NCBI GenBank assembly: GCA_964627085.1
Contig: CAZVIP010000003.1
Coordinates: 19,689-83,688 of the forward strand
DNA: 64,000 bases
Reading direction: 5' to 3'
Origin: an uncultured Candidatus Saccharibacteria bacterium
Lineage (GTDB): Bacteria > Patescibacteriota > Minisyncoccia > Phycocordibacterales > CAIZLB01
In this document: one piece after another, positions 9,960-19,987 of the stretch
How positions within the stretch are numbered: the stretch's first letter is position 1
How the letters are laid out: every line of letters begins with the position of its first letter
Notes under the pieces: model-generated
What the model saw: the letters and a program-made list of their open reading frames with translations, nothing else
The model's database searches: none
Told to the model about the DNA's origin: nothing
Program-made: the position numbers and the translations under genes

Positions 9960-10705
9960 TTGGGCTTACCCAATCACCACTCTTTGTCATAGAAATGTTT
10001 ACATACGCCTTGCTTGGCGGTGTTTTGCCGGCACTTCTATGGATGTGGTTTTGGATGCATGAAAACTATAAGCACGATGAGCCGAAATGGATTATTGCCC
10101 TCACTTTTATTTGTGGGATGTGCGCAGTTTTTCTTGTCTATCCAGTACAAAAATTATTTCCAGACGTTGATTTTGGTTCAAGCGAACCTGGTGGTGCAAT
10201 TGGTGGACTTTCTGGACTATTTACTATTTCAGGATGGGCATTTGTGGAAGAGCTCTTTAAGTATGGAGCTGCATTTTTCTGTGCCCTTAATGTCAAAAAT
10301 GTATTCAATGAGCCAATTGATGCTTTTATCTACCTTATGACCGCTGCGCTTGGTTTTACGGCCCTAGAGAACACTTTTTACCTTCTTGCCCCACTACTCC
10401 AAGGCGACACTGTCGGAAGTATCATGACAGGTAACCTACGGTTTATGGGTGCGAGTTTGCTTCACGTCGTGGCATCAGGATCGCTTGCTATCTGTCTTGG
10501 ATTCTCTTTCTACAAATCAAAATTTGTTAAATTCCTATATTTCTTGGTTGGAATCACTATCGCTACAATAATCCATACATTATTTAATTACTTTATTATT
10601 ATCACTACCGAAGGGAGCACTTTCCTTATTTTCTCATTCGTCTGGCTCACAACTATTATTTTGATAATCACGCTCGATAGAGTGAAGACAATCAAGAAGT
10701 TCTAA
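9944..10705 (+). CDS. PrsW-family intramembrane metalloprotease
   Basis: Multi-TM protein with FVEELFKYG, GFTALENTFY and LLHVVASGS motifs. It overlaps the valS 3' end by 16 nt. Confidence 0.7.
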   Translation: MAASIIGLTQSPLFVIEMFTYALLGGVLPALLWMWFWMHENYKHDEPKWIIALTFICGMCAVFLVYPVQKLFPDVDFGSSEPGGAIGGLSGLFTISGWAFVEELFKYGAAFFCALNVKNVFNEPIDAFIYLMTAALGFTALENTFYLLAPLLQGDTVGSIMTGNLRFMGASLLHVVASGSLAICLGFSFYKSKFVKFLYFLVGITIATIIHTLFNYFIIITTEGSTFLIFSFVWLTTIILIITLDRVKTIKKF

Positions 10706-10863
10706 ACAGCAACATCTGCGCAATTTCAGGAATTCAGCAAATTCATCTTCGCACCTACCTGTCTGCAAAGTTCTAAACAGTTAAACCGAATCAAAACTGT
10801 TTATACTTAAAAAATTTGTTATAATAAAAACAATATTAAGAGCAAGGCAATTAATTTACTTAT

Positions 10864-11388
10864 ATGAACTTTAAAAAGAAACGATCATTTTTGGATAGAC
10901 TAACTGGCCGTGATCAGTACGATGACGAAAATACTGAATTATATGAAGTTGAAGAAGATGAAATTTTGATTGAAAAACCTCGTGAACGTGGCTCAATCAA
11001 AAATAAGGGCATGTTCGAAGAAGAAAATCGATCAAAGTGGATGGAAGAAGAAGTCGATGAAGGCGAACTCTCTATCGATATGTATCAGACAGCAAGCGCG
11101 GTTGTCATCAAGACAATGATCCCTGGTGTCAAAAAAGAAGATCTCGATATTGCCCTCTCGCGTGACTCACTCACAATCAAAGGCAAGAGAATGGAGGACG
11201 GCAGAATCGCTGATCAGGATTATTTCTTCCGTGAATTGTACTGGGGCTCTTTCTCAAGAAAAGTTGACTTACCACATGAAGTAGATATCGAGCAAGCAGA
11301 CGCTGTAGAAAAAGACGGCATGCTCACACTCACCCTCCCACGCATCGATAAAGGCAGACAGACTAAATTGAAGATTAAGTCGGTATAA
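10864..11388 (+). CDS. Hsp20/alpha-crystallin family small heat-shock protein
   Basis: An alpha-crystallin domain is present (GELSIDMYQT...DIALSRDSLTIKGKR...GSFSRKVDLPHEVD...DGMLTLTLP). Confidence 0.8.
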   Translation: MNFKKKRSFLDRLTGRDQYDDENTELYEVEEDEILIEKPRERGSIKNKGMFEEENRSKWMEEEVDEGELSIDMYQTASAVVIKTMIPGVKKEDLDIALSRDSLTIKGKRMEDGRIADQDYFFRELYWGSFSRKVDLPHEVDIEQADAVEKDGMLTLTLPRIDKGRQTKLKIKSV

Positions 11389-11453
11389 TTTGCTTTCTAT
11401 TTTATAGCGAGGTCACACCTACATGGCAATCTATCACTAGCAACATACGAACA

Positions 11454-11492
11454 ATGGCCCGCCTGTTTTGCAGGCGGGCCATTTTGTATTTG
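11454..11492 (+). terminator. Intrinsic terminator (perfect 12-bp stem atggcccgcctg/caggcgggccat + TTTTGTATTT)
   Basis: Directly visible hairpin and T-run after the Hsp20 gene. Confidence 0.7.
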
Positions 11493-11522
11493 ATTTGTTT
11501 CGATTATTGGTTGTAAGAAACC

Positions 11523-12149
11523 CTATTCCTCGGCCCAGACCGAAAGAAGCGGTGTGATTCTTGCGACTGTTTCGATGATAGGACCTTCGAGTGAGATGTT
11601 TCTGATCTGGCCTGCATAATAAAGACTTGATACCAGATAAGGAAAACCCATCATGATCTCGGCGATGCGTGCCGCTCTTTCCCAAGCATGATTCAATTTT
11701 TCACCCTTGAGGTATTCTGGAACACCACCCTCCGAGCCGTGATACACGTTCGCAGGAAAGACATCGTGATACTGCCCGAAAGGTGGATAAAGCAAAGGTG
11801 AGGACGAATAAACACCAGCTGGAAAGACATCCACTATTGCCCCGTCCCGAAGCTCCAGCCAAGAATGTTCGATGAATCCACCATAATTAATCCTGTGTAT
11901 CGCATCATCATAACCAATGCTGTAATGACTAGACCCTGCAATATATCCATCGACGACAGTGACCTTATCACCAAACATAATCTTAATTGCACGCACCATC
12001 GAGTGACAATTCGGCATGACAACCTCACGTTGCGGGTGTGGCAACCTCTCATGGACATTAACAGCAAACCTTACAACGTTATCCATGAGATCATAGACCA
12101 GTGCATCGTGTGTTGTGACACGGCCTAAGGCTTCAGTTGTTGTATACAT
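11523..12149 (-). CDS. Hypothetical protein (208 aa), GC-rich relative to flanks
   Basis: Clean ORF with no recognised family. It contains an NCHS motif, Y/G-rich segments and a possible Cys/His active site. Confidence 0.5.
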   Translation of the reverse strand: MYTTTEALGRVTTHDALVYDLMDNVVRFAVNVHERLPHPQREVVMPNCHSMVRAIKIMFGDKVTVVDGYIAGSSHYSIGYDDAIHRINYGGFIEHSWLELRDGAIVDVFPAGVYSSSPLLYPPFGQYHDVFPANVYHGSEGGVPEYLKGEKLNHAWERAARIAEIMMGFPYLVSSLYYAGQIRNISLEGPIIETVARITPLLSVWAEE

Positions 12150-12254
12150 TCTGTATATCCCCTTTCTATTTAGTTAAATTTTGAACAAAACATGTGTGAA
12201 GAATTCTTTCTCCAACAACATGACCAAAAATACAATACAATATGTATGTAAAAA

Positions 12255-12295
12255 TAGCAATAAACCCCCACCCGCCTGACGGCGAGTAGGGGTTC
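12255..12295 (-). terminator. Intrinsic terminator downstream of fbaA
   Basis: Minus strand: CCCCTACTCGCC GTCA GGCGGGTGGGG followed by a T-rich run. Confidence 0.5.
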
Positions 12296-12356
12296 GATTT
12301 TGTATTATTGTGAGGCAGCGCTATGTGCTTTCCGCACAGACTTGATCAAATCTACT

Positions 12357-13460
12357 TTAACCAAAGAGTGTATTGACGTCTGTGCTCTTCAGTGCAGCAA
12401 ATGCCTCAACGATGCGGTCAGTCATACCAAGCTCGCCTGCCGAAAGAAGCTTCCGTGGGTCGTATTTGCTCTTGTTTGGCTTATCATCGCCCTCAGGGTT
12501 TCCAATTTGGGTCTGGAGATATGCAGTGTTTGCTTCCACATATTTCACAACCTGACGGGTCCATGCGAATTGTGTGTCGGTGTCGATATTCATCTTCACT
12601 ACACCATATTCGATTGCTTCATGAATCTCTTCGAGAGTTGACCCAGATCCACCATGAAAGACGAAATCAATCGGGCGACTATCCAAAGAAATACCAAGCT
12701 CTTCAGCCGCATGCTTTTGACATGCGGCCAGAATTTCTGGTTTCAACTTCACATTACCTGGCTGATACACACCGTGCACGTTGCCAAAAGCCGCTGCGAT
12801 AGTGAAATAGTCATAGCCCGTCTGAGCAAGAGTGTTATAGAGCGCAAAGACGTCTTCAGGACTGGTATATAGCTTGTCTGCTGAAAGACCAGAGTTGTCC
12901 TTGCCGTCTTCTTCACCACCAGTTGGACCAACTTCGACTTCGAGATACTGTTCGTTTCCGTGCAGAATCCGACTCCAGATGTCGGCTGTTTCGAGAATTT
13001 CTTTCAGAGGTTCAGTTGATAGGTCAAGCATGTGGCTTGAAAATGCCATTTGATCACCAGACAACAAGACGATGTCTCGATTACTCCTGTTTGCAAGAAG
13101 CGAAAGTGTCGGAAGATCTACGCGCTCAGCATGATCGGTGTGTAGAATAACTGACACACCGTATGCAAGTGAGAGGTTCCGAACCGTTTCAGCAAGAACT
13201 ATTCCGCCAACTTGGCGCCGACGATGTTTGTCTTCAACAACACCCTTCAGTTGAGGCCCCGCAAAATACTCGAGACCTCCCATTGATACCTGGATAATGA
13301 TTGGCGAATTGACTTTTGCAGCAGCCGCGAGCGCAGCCGTCACACCGGTGCTGTTGACCACATTGATTGCTGGTAATGCGCATTTCACTTTTTTAAGCCC
13401 CTTAAATAAACGCTTAATTTCTGGACCAGTTAGAATCCCTGGCTTGAGTTTTTTATTCAT
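12357..13460 (-). CDS. fbaA: Class II fructose-bisphosphate aldolase
   Basis: The motifs ILHTDHA, GGEEDG and FTIAAAFGNVHGVY, together with ~360 aa length, match class IIA FBA. It is GC-rich relative to its neighbours. Confidence 0.85.
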   Translation of the reverse strand: MNKKLKPGILTGPEIKRLFKGLKKVKCALPAINVVNSTGVTAALAAAAKVNSPIIIQVSMGGLEYFAGPQLKGVVEDKHRRRQVGGIVLAETVRNLSLAYGVSVILHTDHAERVDLPTLSLLANRSNRDIVLLSGDQMAFSSHMLDLSTEPLKEILETADIWSRILHGNEQYLEVEVGPTGGEEDGKDNSGLSADKLYTSPEDVFALYNTLAQTGYDYFTIAAAFGNVHGVYQPGNVKLKPEILAACQKHAAEELGISLDSRPIDFVFHGGSGSTLEEIHEAIEYGVVKMNIDTDTQFAWTRQVVKYVEANTAYLQTQIGNPEGDDKPNKSKYDPRKLLSAGELGMTDRIVEAFAALKSTDVNTLFG

Positions 13461-13639
13461 AACGAACTATTGTTTGGGCATTGCCCGGTTTGTGTTTTGT
13501 CTTTACTTCATTTGCATAGGCAAAGATCAGTAATTTACTGTTTCATCCATAGGTTAGGGTCCCGAGATTACTTTAGACTGCTTGGACAAGCAGAAACTTA
13601 CGTCCTCGGATATTGTACTTATCTATGTTATTTTGTAAA

Positions 13640-13670
13640 CAAAAACCCACCATTTGATTGGCGGGTTTTT
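13640..13670 (-). terminator. Terminator downstream of tRNA-Phe
   Basis: Minus strand: AACCCGCC...GGTGGGTT followed by TTTGTTTAC. Confidence 0.45.
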
Positions 13671-13694
13671 GTTTATCTACATTGTTTCTTTTTT

Positions 13695-13767
13695 GTGCCG
13701 AGAGCCGGGCTCGAACCGGCGACCCCATCCTCTTCAGGGATATGCTCTACCAACTGAGCTACCTCGG
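13695..13767 (-). tRNA. tRNA-Phe (GAA)
   Basis: The reverse complement folds as a canonical cloverleaf: GCCGAGG / TAGCTCAGTTGGTAGAGCA / anticodon loop CTGAAGA / GGTTCGAGCCCGGC / TCTCGGC-A. CCA is not encoded. Confidence 0.9.
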
Positions 13768-13807
13768 CAAGTGAGGATATATGGAGATCTCTTTTTACAA
13801 AAAGACT

Positions 13808-14092
13808 CTACTTAATCATACTTCTGAGCAAATCAATTGATGATTCACTCTGCCCTACTCCTGACCCACCAATACTGGTATATGTCTGGAGCAGAACTTC
13901 GAGAAATGGTTGTATATAGTAAAATGCACCGAGAGAAAAGCCGATGATTACAACCCATTTGATAACGCTAATCGCAGACGATAAACGTACACGGCGATAC
14001 ACGCTCTGGATCATTTCATGATCTTTTTCGATGATTTCACGTACTTCTTGAAGTTCCTTTTGAAGGGCTTGGATTTCTTGATCCATGGACAT
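13808..14092 (-). CDS. Small protein with an N-terminal coiled coil and a C-terminal TM helix
   Basis: MSMDQEIQALQKELQEVREIIEK...VIIGFSLGAFYYI. It is possibly co-transcribed with the two genes upstream. Confidence 0.45.
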   Translation of the reverse strand: MSMDQEIQALQKELQEVREIIEKDHEMIQSVYRRVRLSSAISVIKWVVIIGFSLGAFYYIQPFLEVLLQTYTSIGGSGVGQSESSIDLLRSMIK

Positions 14093-14155
14093 ATGCTAGC
14101 ACAAAAAACTAGAGAAATCAAAAACTATACACTTAAAAAATATCCCTATTCCTAG

Positions 14156-14461
14156 CTATTCTTCCTTCTCAACCTCCTCGCCCACCTGACCCTCTACAGT
14201 GGTCAACACTTGGTCCATACTGTGCACATCGCTCCCAAGCCCGCCTACAGCCTTCATAAGAGGTACTGCAAACTGCCCCGCGGCTATGGCATGTCCTTCG
14301 AGAGTGCCATCATTAAGTAATTCATCGAGCCGGGCTTCAAGTGCCGCTGCATCAGCCTCTAGATTGGTCACAGCAGGTGCTTCAACCTGTGTATCAACTT
14401 TCACAGCATCACCCTCTGCTCTTGGCTGACTGATATCTAATTGATTTGGATTTTCACTCAT
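14156..14461 (-). CDS. Small acidic hypothetical protein (101 aa)
   Basis: Ala/Glu/Asp-rich ORF lying between the large coiled-coil gene and the small membrane-protein gene. Confidence 0.4.
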   Translation of the reverse strand: MSENPNQLDISQPRAEGDAVKVDTQVEAPAVTNLEADAAALEARLDELLNDGTLEGHAIAAGQFAVPLMKAVGGLGSDVHSMDQVLTTVEGQVGEEVEKEE

Positions 14462-14526
14462 GATTGTAATGTAATTATTATTTATATGATCTGTCTCTTT
14501 ATCCCAATTTTTGAGAAAAGAGTTTC

Positions 14527-16455
14527 CTACGCCGCACTCTCAACGTTCTCCTGCGCACTCAGCGCCTGCCTTGAAAGATATGCAAAGACATCATCCGCTA
14601 AAGCATCGAACTGCTTCGGTTTTAACTTTACAGACTTCTGCAATTGTGGATTTGCAAGATAGTAATTTCTGACGAGTGCAGTAAACTGCGCTTTATTTGC
14701 AGTTGTACCAGCCCTTCTATTTGAATCAAGAACAACTTTGCTAAACATATGTTCAGGATATACTTGTATTTTCGTGCCGTGAATTTTATTCCAAGCACTG
14801 GCCCATTCATCAAAACTAAATGCATCCTTTCGTTCATAACCCAGATCTGCATTTTCAATTTCAAGGAAACCATCAGAATTAACGTCACTATCTTCAAATG
14901 ACAAGTCACGCCCCATCATAAATGCCGCTTCAGGTTCAGTTTGTTTACCTGTTACAGCATTTTTTGTCTCAGCAAATGACTCACCTCGCAAGAGACCCTC
15001 TGGTACACCTTCTTCTGCAAAGCCAGTGTATGAGGCTTTTTTGATATCCCATTTCTGTAGTACTGTGCCGACTTTAATTAATTTTGCTTCAGCATCGACA
15101 AGTTGTCCGGCTCGTGCCGTGAGCTCTTTTCTCGATCTCATTATTCTATCCTCAGCCTGCTTAATTTTCTGCTTGAAGGTTTCTTTTAGATATGGATTAT
15201 TGAGTGCATCAGCTTTGATTTTTTCAAGACGTGCAGATTCACCCTGAAGACTGAGTCTCCATTCATGTATCTCGCGACTAAGGGCATCTTTCGTGGATGT
15301 CAATTCCTCAAATTTTTGTTTTTGCGGAGCTGTTCTTTCGTCAACTATTTGTGAAAACTCTTCGGCAATTAATTTTTTCTTATTTTCATGATTCAAAGCC
15401 TGTGCCTCATGAGTTTTTGCTTCGAGTTCTTTTGTATCACGTGCTTCGATTTCTTTTGCTAGTTTTGCCTGGAGTGCCTGATACCTTTTTTGAATATTTA
15501 CCAAATCTTTAGGAGAAATTTCACCCTCATATGCACGCACTTTATCAAGTTCTGCAATCTGTGATTTCACTTCATTTACACGACTTTCTGCTTGGACAAA
15601 TTCACCGCGCGCTTTTTCAAATTTTTTGGCGTGTCTATTAGCAAAAAAACCTTCTTTCATGGTCTTGCCATATGTGAGGATTCTATTTTTTTGAAAGACC
15701 GCAAAACTACCAACACCTTCGGCTGCTTTTTCAAAAGGTTTTGCAACGGCACTAAGAGCTTTCTTTGCTCCAGATTTTAGAGCACCTTCAGCTTCGTCTT
15801 CCTCACCCTCTGCATCATTTGCAACCTTGATTTCAGCAAAAGGTAAATCTGGTTTTGGCATTGATTCACCGTCTCGTGGATGAACCACTCCGAGCAGAGC
15901 ATTTTCGCGCTTGAGGTTCATTTTGATATCACGGTTGAGTTCATCCAAATTTGGCGGAACATACAATTCTGTCGGAACAGCATTATTTCTAGCTCTTTCA
16001 TCTGGATTTATCAATTGTGCAAAAGGACTATTTTCATAACCCGGTGGTGGTGGAGGCATTCGCATCTGTGACGGCTTTGGACTTCTGTCGGCTTGCTGAT
16101 CAGCGATACTCCTAAGCAGCGCTTCCTGATTTGCAATTCTTCGTTTTGTTTCATCTGAACTTGCCTGGCGCTCTCGCTCTTCCTCTTCTTCACTTGCAAT
16201 TCTTTCCCAACTACTTACAAGTGCAGGATCATTTGAACCCGGTAGATTTACTCTTTGTTCAGGACCTCTAGCGTTGCCTATATTTGCCGACCTACTCCTA
16301 AGTTCTACTGTCGGAGCAGCTGAGGGTGTATCTACACTAACCTCCGCATTGGACCTTCTAGGATAAGGTACATCCGGTGCTTTTGGTGCATCAGGTCTTG
16401 TTCTCGTTGCTTCCCCTGGAATAGTAACCGACATTGATTGTGGACCCTCTTTCAT
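14527..16455 (-). CDS. Large proline-rich / coiled-coil protein (642 aa), function unknown
   Basis: The N-terminus carries PPPPPGY and acidic stretches. The central region has long heptad-like segments (KELEAKTHEAQALNHENKKKLIAEEF...). The C-terminus is globular. Confidence 0.55.
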   Translation of the reverse strand: MKEGPQSMSVTIPGEATRTRPDAPKAPDVPYPRRSNAEVSVDTPSAAPTVELRSRSANIGNARGPEQRVNLPGSNDPALVSSWERIASEEEEERERQASSDETKRRIANQEALLRSIADQQADRSPKPSQMRMPPPPPGYENSPFAQLINPDERARNNAVPTELYVPPNLDELNRDIKMNLKRENALLGVVHPRDGESMPKPDLPFAEIKVANDAEGEEDEAEGALKSGAKKALSAVAKPFEKAAEGVGSFAVFQKNRILTYGKTMKEGFFANRHAKKFEKARGEFVQAESRVNEVKSQIAELDKVRAYEGEISPKDLVNIQKRYQALQAKLAKEIEARDTKELEAKTHEAQALNHENKKKLIAEEFSQIVDERTAPQKQKFEELTSTKDALSREIHEWRLSLQGESARLEKIKADALNNPYLKETFKQKIKQAEDRIMRSRKELTARAGQLVDAEAKLIKVGTVLQKWDIKKASYTGFAEEGVPEGLLRGESFAETKNAVTGKQTEPEAAFMMGRDLSFEDSDVNSDGFLEIENADLGYERKDAFSFDEWASAWNKIHGTKIQVYPEHMFSKVVLDSNRRAGTTANKAQFTALVRNYYLANPQLQKSVKLKPKQFDALADDVFAYLSRQALSAQENVESAA

Positions 16456-16537
16456 CTTGATAAGTATTTAAATAATATGTTAATTCAATATAAAAATTAT
16501 AACATATTAAAACCATCGTATCGCATATCTATCAAAT

Positions 16538-17545
16538 CTAGATAGCACGTTTCCATCTCGCAACAATCCCACAAGGGAGCAATCGTTGAGGCAAATCACC
16601 TTGTACTCTCTCTTGAATAAGTAATTCCCCGTTTTCTATTTCACCCCCAAACTTTTGAGCGAGTATACCAAGATTGTTTGCATAGGCCACAGATGAATAA
16701 CCTGATGCATATCCATTGAGAATAAAAAATAACGGTTCAGAAGTAAGTAGTTCATAGCACAATTCGAGAAGCGGAACTAAATCGCGCTCAATTTTCCAGA
16801 CCTCACCTTTTGCACCACGCCCGAATACAGGCGGATCCATAATAATGGCATCATATTTGTTTCCGCGACGGATTTCTTTTTTGACAAAGTTAACCGCATC
16901 TTCAAGCATCCATCTAATTGCATTTTCAGGAAGACCTGTTGCGAGCATATTTTCTTTTGCCCAAGTGATTGCACCACGTGAAGCATCCACATGTGTGACA
17001 TCTGCCCCAGCCTTTGCAGCAACAACACTTGCCCCACCTGTATATCCAAATAAGTTCAAGACTTTTGGTCTTTGGTTTGTTTCATCAGCCATTACCCCAT
17101 TTCCTTTTAGAGCGTTTTTAGCTTTGGTTACTTCTATGCATTTTTTAATCAAATCTTCACTCCATGACCAGTTTGCAAGTTGTTCTGGAAAGATAGCCGT
17201 ATGCTTAAAAGGTGTCAGTCTTGCATACAATTTTATCGAACCAAGAGAAATACAAGCACCGAGAGTCTTGTCGTCTGTGTATTCGAGCTTACCTTTTGCA
17301 GAGTCAGCAACATGCCATTTTCCTCTGTCTTCTCCGTCATTGTCTGCAAATTTTTCCGCGGCTGATCCGGGTGCAGGAGCTTTTTTGAAAGTGGCATCTG
17401 CTTTGTCCCATTCTGCTTGTATGCATCTTTTTTTCCAGATAGCTTGTGGGTCTGGGCGCGCAACAACCACTTTTCCATATCGCTCAAGTTTCATCTCATC
17501 ACCAGAGTCGATGAGTTCGTATTCAGGCTGTGGTTCAATAATCAT
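16538..17545 (-). CDS. Class I SAM-dependent rRNA methyltransferase (RlmI/RlmK-like)
   Basis: SAM-binding motifs LNLFGYTGGASV...VTHVDAS and IIMDPPVFGRG are present. A PUA-like N-terminus is also present. Confidence 0.7.
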   Translation of the reverse strand: MIIEPQPEYELIDSGDEMKLERYGKVVVARPDPQAIWKKRCIQAEWDKADATFKKAPAPGSAAEKFADNDGEDRGKWHVADSAKGKLEYTDDKTLGACISLGSIKLYARLTPFKHTAIFPEQLANWSWSEDLIKKCIEVTKAKNALKGNGVMADETNQRPKVLNLFGYTGGASVVAAKAGADVTHVDASRGAITWAKENMLATGLPENAIRWMLEDAVNFVKKEIRRGNKYDAIIMDPPVFGRGAKGEVWKIERDLVPLLELCYELLTSEPLFFILNGYASGYSSVAYANNLGILAQKFGGEIENGELLIQERVQGDLPQRLLPCGIVARWKRAI

Positions 17546-17554
17546 ATAAATATA

Positions 17555-19066
17555 TTACTTCAATTCCTTCATTATGTCTTCCAAATCTTTGTGGCGCACA
17601 TCGATTCCCTGTCCGTTCATCACGAGAAAATAATCCGGTTCGAATTCTTCAATAAATTCATAATCATGAGTGACAAGTAGGATGGAAACCTTTGATTGTT
17701 TACATGCACTCAAAAATATTTCCCAAGTGACTTCATCGAGATTGTTTGTCGGTTCATCGAAAATAATGCATTCCGCTTTTTTTCCAAAGACAAGAGCAAA
17801 ACGTACACGCATACGCTCTCCTCCTGATAGATATTTGATTTTTGTGTCTGCTTTTTGCTTATCAAAACGCATCATACCGAGAACTGCACGCGCCTCAGTC
17901 TCAAGTAAATTCAAATCATGCATAGCAATCTGCATCGGTGTTTGCTCTGGATCAAATTTTGCATGCTGGTCAAAATAACTAAATTTCATTCCTTCAATCC
18001 ATCTCACCTCACCTTCAGTTGGTGCATGCTCTCCAGTTAGACATTTGAGAAATGTTGATTTACCTGAGCCATTTCTTCCCAGGAGAACAATATGCTGACC
18101 AGAACGAATTTCGAAATGAACACCGTGGAGCATGTCACCTTTGGCACCTTCATATCTAAATGCCATATCAGTTGCTCGACAGATAAGCTTGCCATCATGG
18201 CTAATTGAGCCATTTGCGCCCTTGATTTTTATTTTTGATTGCTTGATATCAGGTCTGCCTTCATCTTTGTGCGAGCCTTTTAGCTCGGCAAGTTCTGCTT
18301 TTTTTCTTTGGTATAAAGCGACACCACCACCGCGAAATGCTTTTTTACCCAAAATTCTCACAGCTGCTTCCAGTTGCTTGATTCGTTTGGTCTCCGCATC
18401 GTAACTTCTCTGCATCCCTCCGATTCGCTCAAGCCGCGCATCAATATAATCTTGATAGTCACCCTCTGAGATATGCATTGTACCTCCATGTAATTCCCCA
18501 ATCTTTGAAGCGATAGAGTCTATGATTTTTCTATCATGTGAAATAAAGATAACCCCACCATTATATTCCTGGAGCAAATCAATAAGCGCCACACGACTGA
18601 CGATGTCGATATGGTTTTCAGGTTCATCCAGTAGGATAAAATCTGGATTGAGTGCGAGACCTGTACTTAATACTAAAATCTTCTGCTGTCCTCCGGAGAG
18701 TGCCCCGCACTTTTTTTCCTCAATTCTTGTGACGGAAAGACCAAGTCTTGAGGCGAATTGGTAGACCTTCCCTTTGAGTGCGTCACCGCATTTTTCTTTT
18801 ATATATTCTGATACTGTATGCTGATTAAAATTTGCATCGAATTCCTGAGGGATATATGCTGCGCGAATATGACCCTGATGCTGTACAAGTCCATTCTCAG
18901 GCTCTAGTTGACCAGCGATAATTTTAAGAAGTGTAGATTTTCCGGCACCGTTTTCACCAATAACACAAAGGCGCTCGTCCTGATCGCATTTAATTGAGAC
19001 ATTGGAGAATATGACTCTTTCTCCAACATTGTATGAAATATTTTTAAGTGTAATTGATTTTGACAT
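17555..19066 (-). CDS. ABC-F family ATPase (tandem ABC domains, no TMD)
   Basis: Two Walker A motifs (GENGAGKST; GRNGSGKST) and two signature motifs (LSGGQQ; LSGGERMR) are present, separated by a linker. Confidence 0.85.
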   Translation of the reverse strand: MSKSITLKNISYNVGERVIFSNVSIKCDQDERLCVIGENGAGKSTLLKIIAGQLEPENGLVQHQGHIRAAYIPQEFDANFNQHTVSEYIKEKCGDALKGKVYQFASRLGLSVTRIEEKKCGALSGGQQKILVLSTGLALNPDFILLDEPENHIDIVSRVALIDLLQEYNGGVIFISHDRKIIDSIASKIGELHGGTMHISEGDYQDYIDARLERIGGMQRSYDAETKRIKQLEAAVRILGKKAFRGGGVALYQRKKAELAELKGSHKDEGRPDIKQSKIKIKGANGSISHDGKLICRATDMAFRYEGAKGDMLHGVHFEIRSGQHIVLLGRNGSGKSTFLKCLTGEHAPTEGEVRWIEGMKFSYFDQHAKFDPEQTPMQIAMHDLNLLETEARAVLGMMRFDKQKADTKIKYLSGGERMRVRFALVFGKKAECIIFDEPTNNLDEVTWEIFLSACKQSKVSILLVTHDYEFIEEFEPDYFLVMNGQGIDVRHKDLEDIMKELK

Positions 19067-19316
19067 ATATATGGTGTTTGGCAGAATTTCTCATCTGACC
19101 AAATAATAACTGAGTATACACGAAAATGGCGATTTGTTTACCTTTTATTGTCGCAGGGTTAATCACGGTGTGGCGCTTTGAAGTTATTCACTTTTGGATT
19201 GTGGATATGTGTATTGCTAATTTAGCCATGAAATTAGGCGTTATTTGAGATTATATTTATCAGAATTTAATACTAGTCAAGATAGACTGCGGGTATTAAT
19301 AAATTTTATACTTCAT

Positions 19317-19649
19317 ATGACAATCATCAAAACCATGACAAAAAGAGCTAAGCCAACAGAATATGTTACAAAGTCAGAATTCAAGTCTGCTATGCTAAAT
19401 ATTGATAATAAATTTACTTCCATGGAAGACCGCATCGATAAAATCGATGCAAAATTCGATACCTTCAGAGATGAGTTTTTCGCATATGTCCGTGAAATTA
19501 TGGATGAACAGCGAGCACATTATGAGGAAACACATAAGCGCGAAATCGGTGCTCTGCAGGAACATATTGATCACAAGTTTGTAGTATTGATGGAGCACCC
19601 TGTTTTTACCGATTATCAAAAATCAGCAGAGGCGAGGATGGGTGTATGA
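19317..19649 (+). CDS. Small hypothetical coiled-coil protein
   Basis: ORF beginning MTIIKTMTKRAKPTEY... I recognise no family. Confidence 0.4.
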   Translation: MTIIKTMTKRAKPTEYVTKSEFKSAMLNIDNKFTSMEDRIDKIDAKFDTFRDEFFAYVREIMDEQRAHYEETHKREIGALQEHIDHKFVVLMEHPVFTDYQKSAEARMGV

Positions 19650-19987
19650 GTATAGAGGAGGGTGTGTAAGAGAGTGTGCGACCACAGATGATTTTCGACC
19701 CTCAGCAGGAATCTCGCCTTACAGGCGCTGTACAGGTTTCGTATCGTGCTCGCTACGCTCCGCGCGATATACTCAACCTTTTCGATTCCTGCACGCAAAG
19801 CATTCAAATGCTTTGCTCTCGGGCACAAATGAAAAAACGCCTTGCGGCACCCTTAATCTGTGGTCACGAGTGATTTCCTCGTCGACACTCGGAAATTCTC
19901 GCGAAGCCTCACGGCACGAATCTGCTAATCGCCCACCTCGCATGTCTCATCTGCTGATGAGACATGGCTCCGGCCGGCCCCAGTCGC

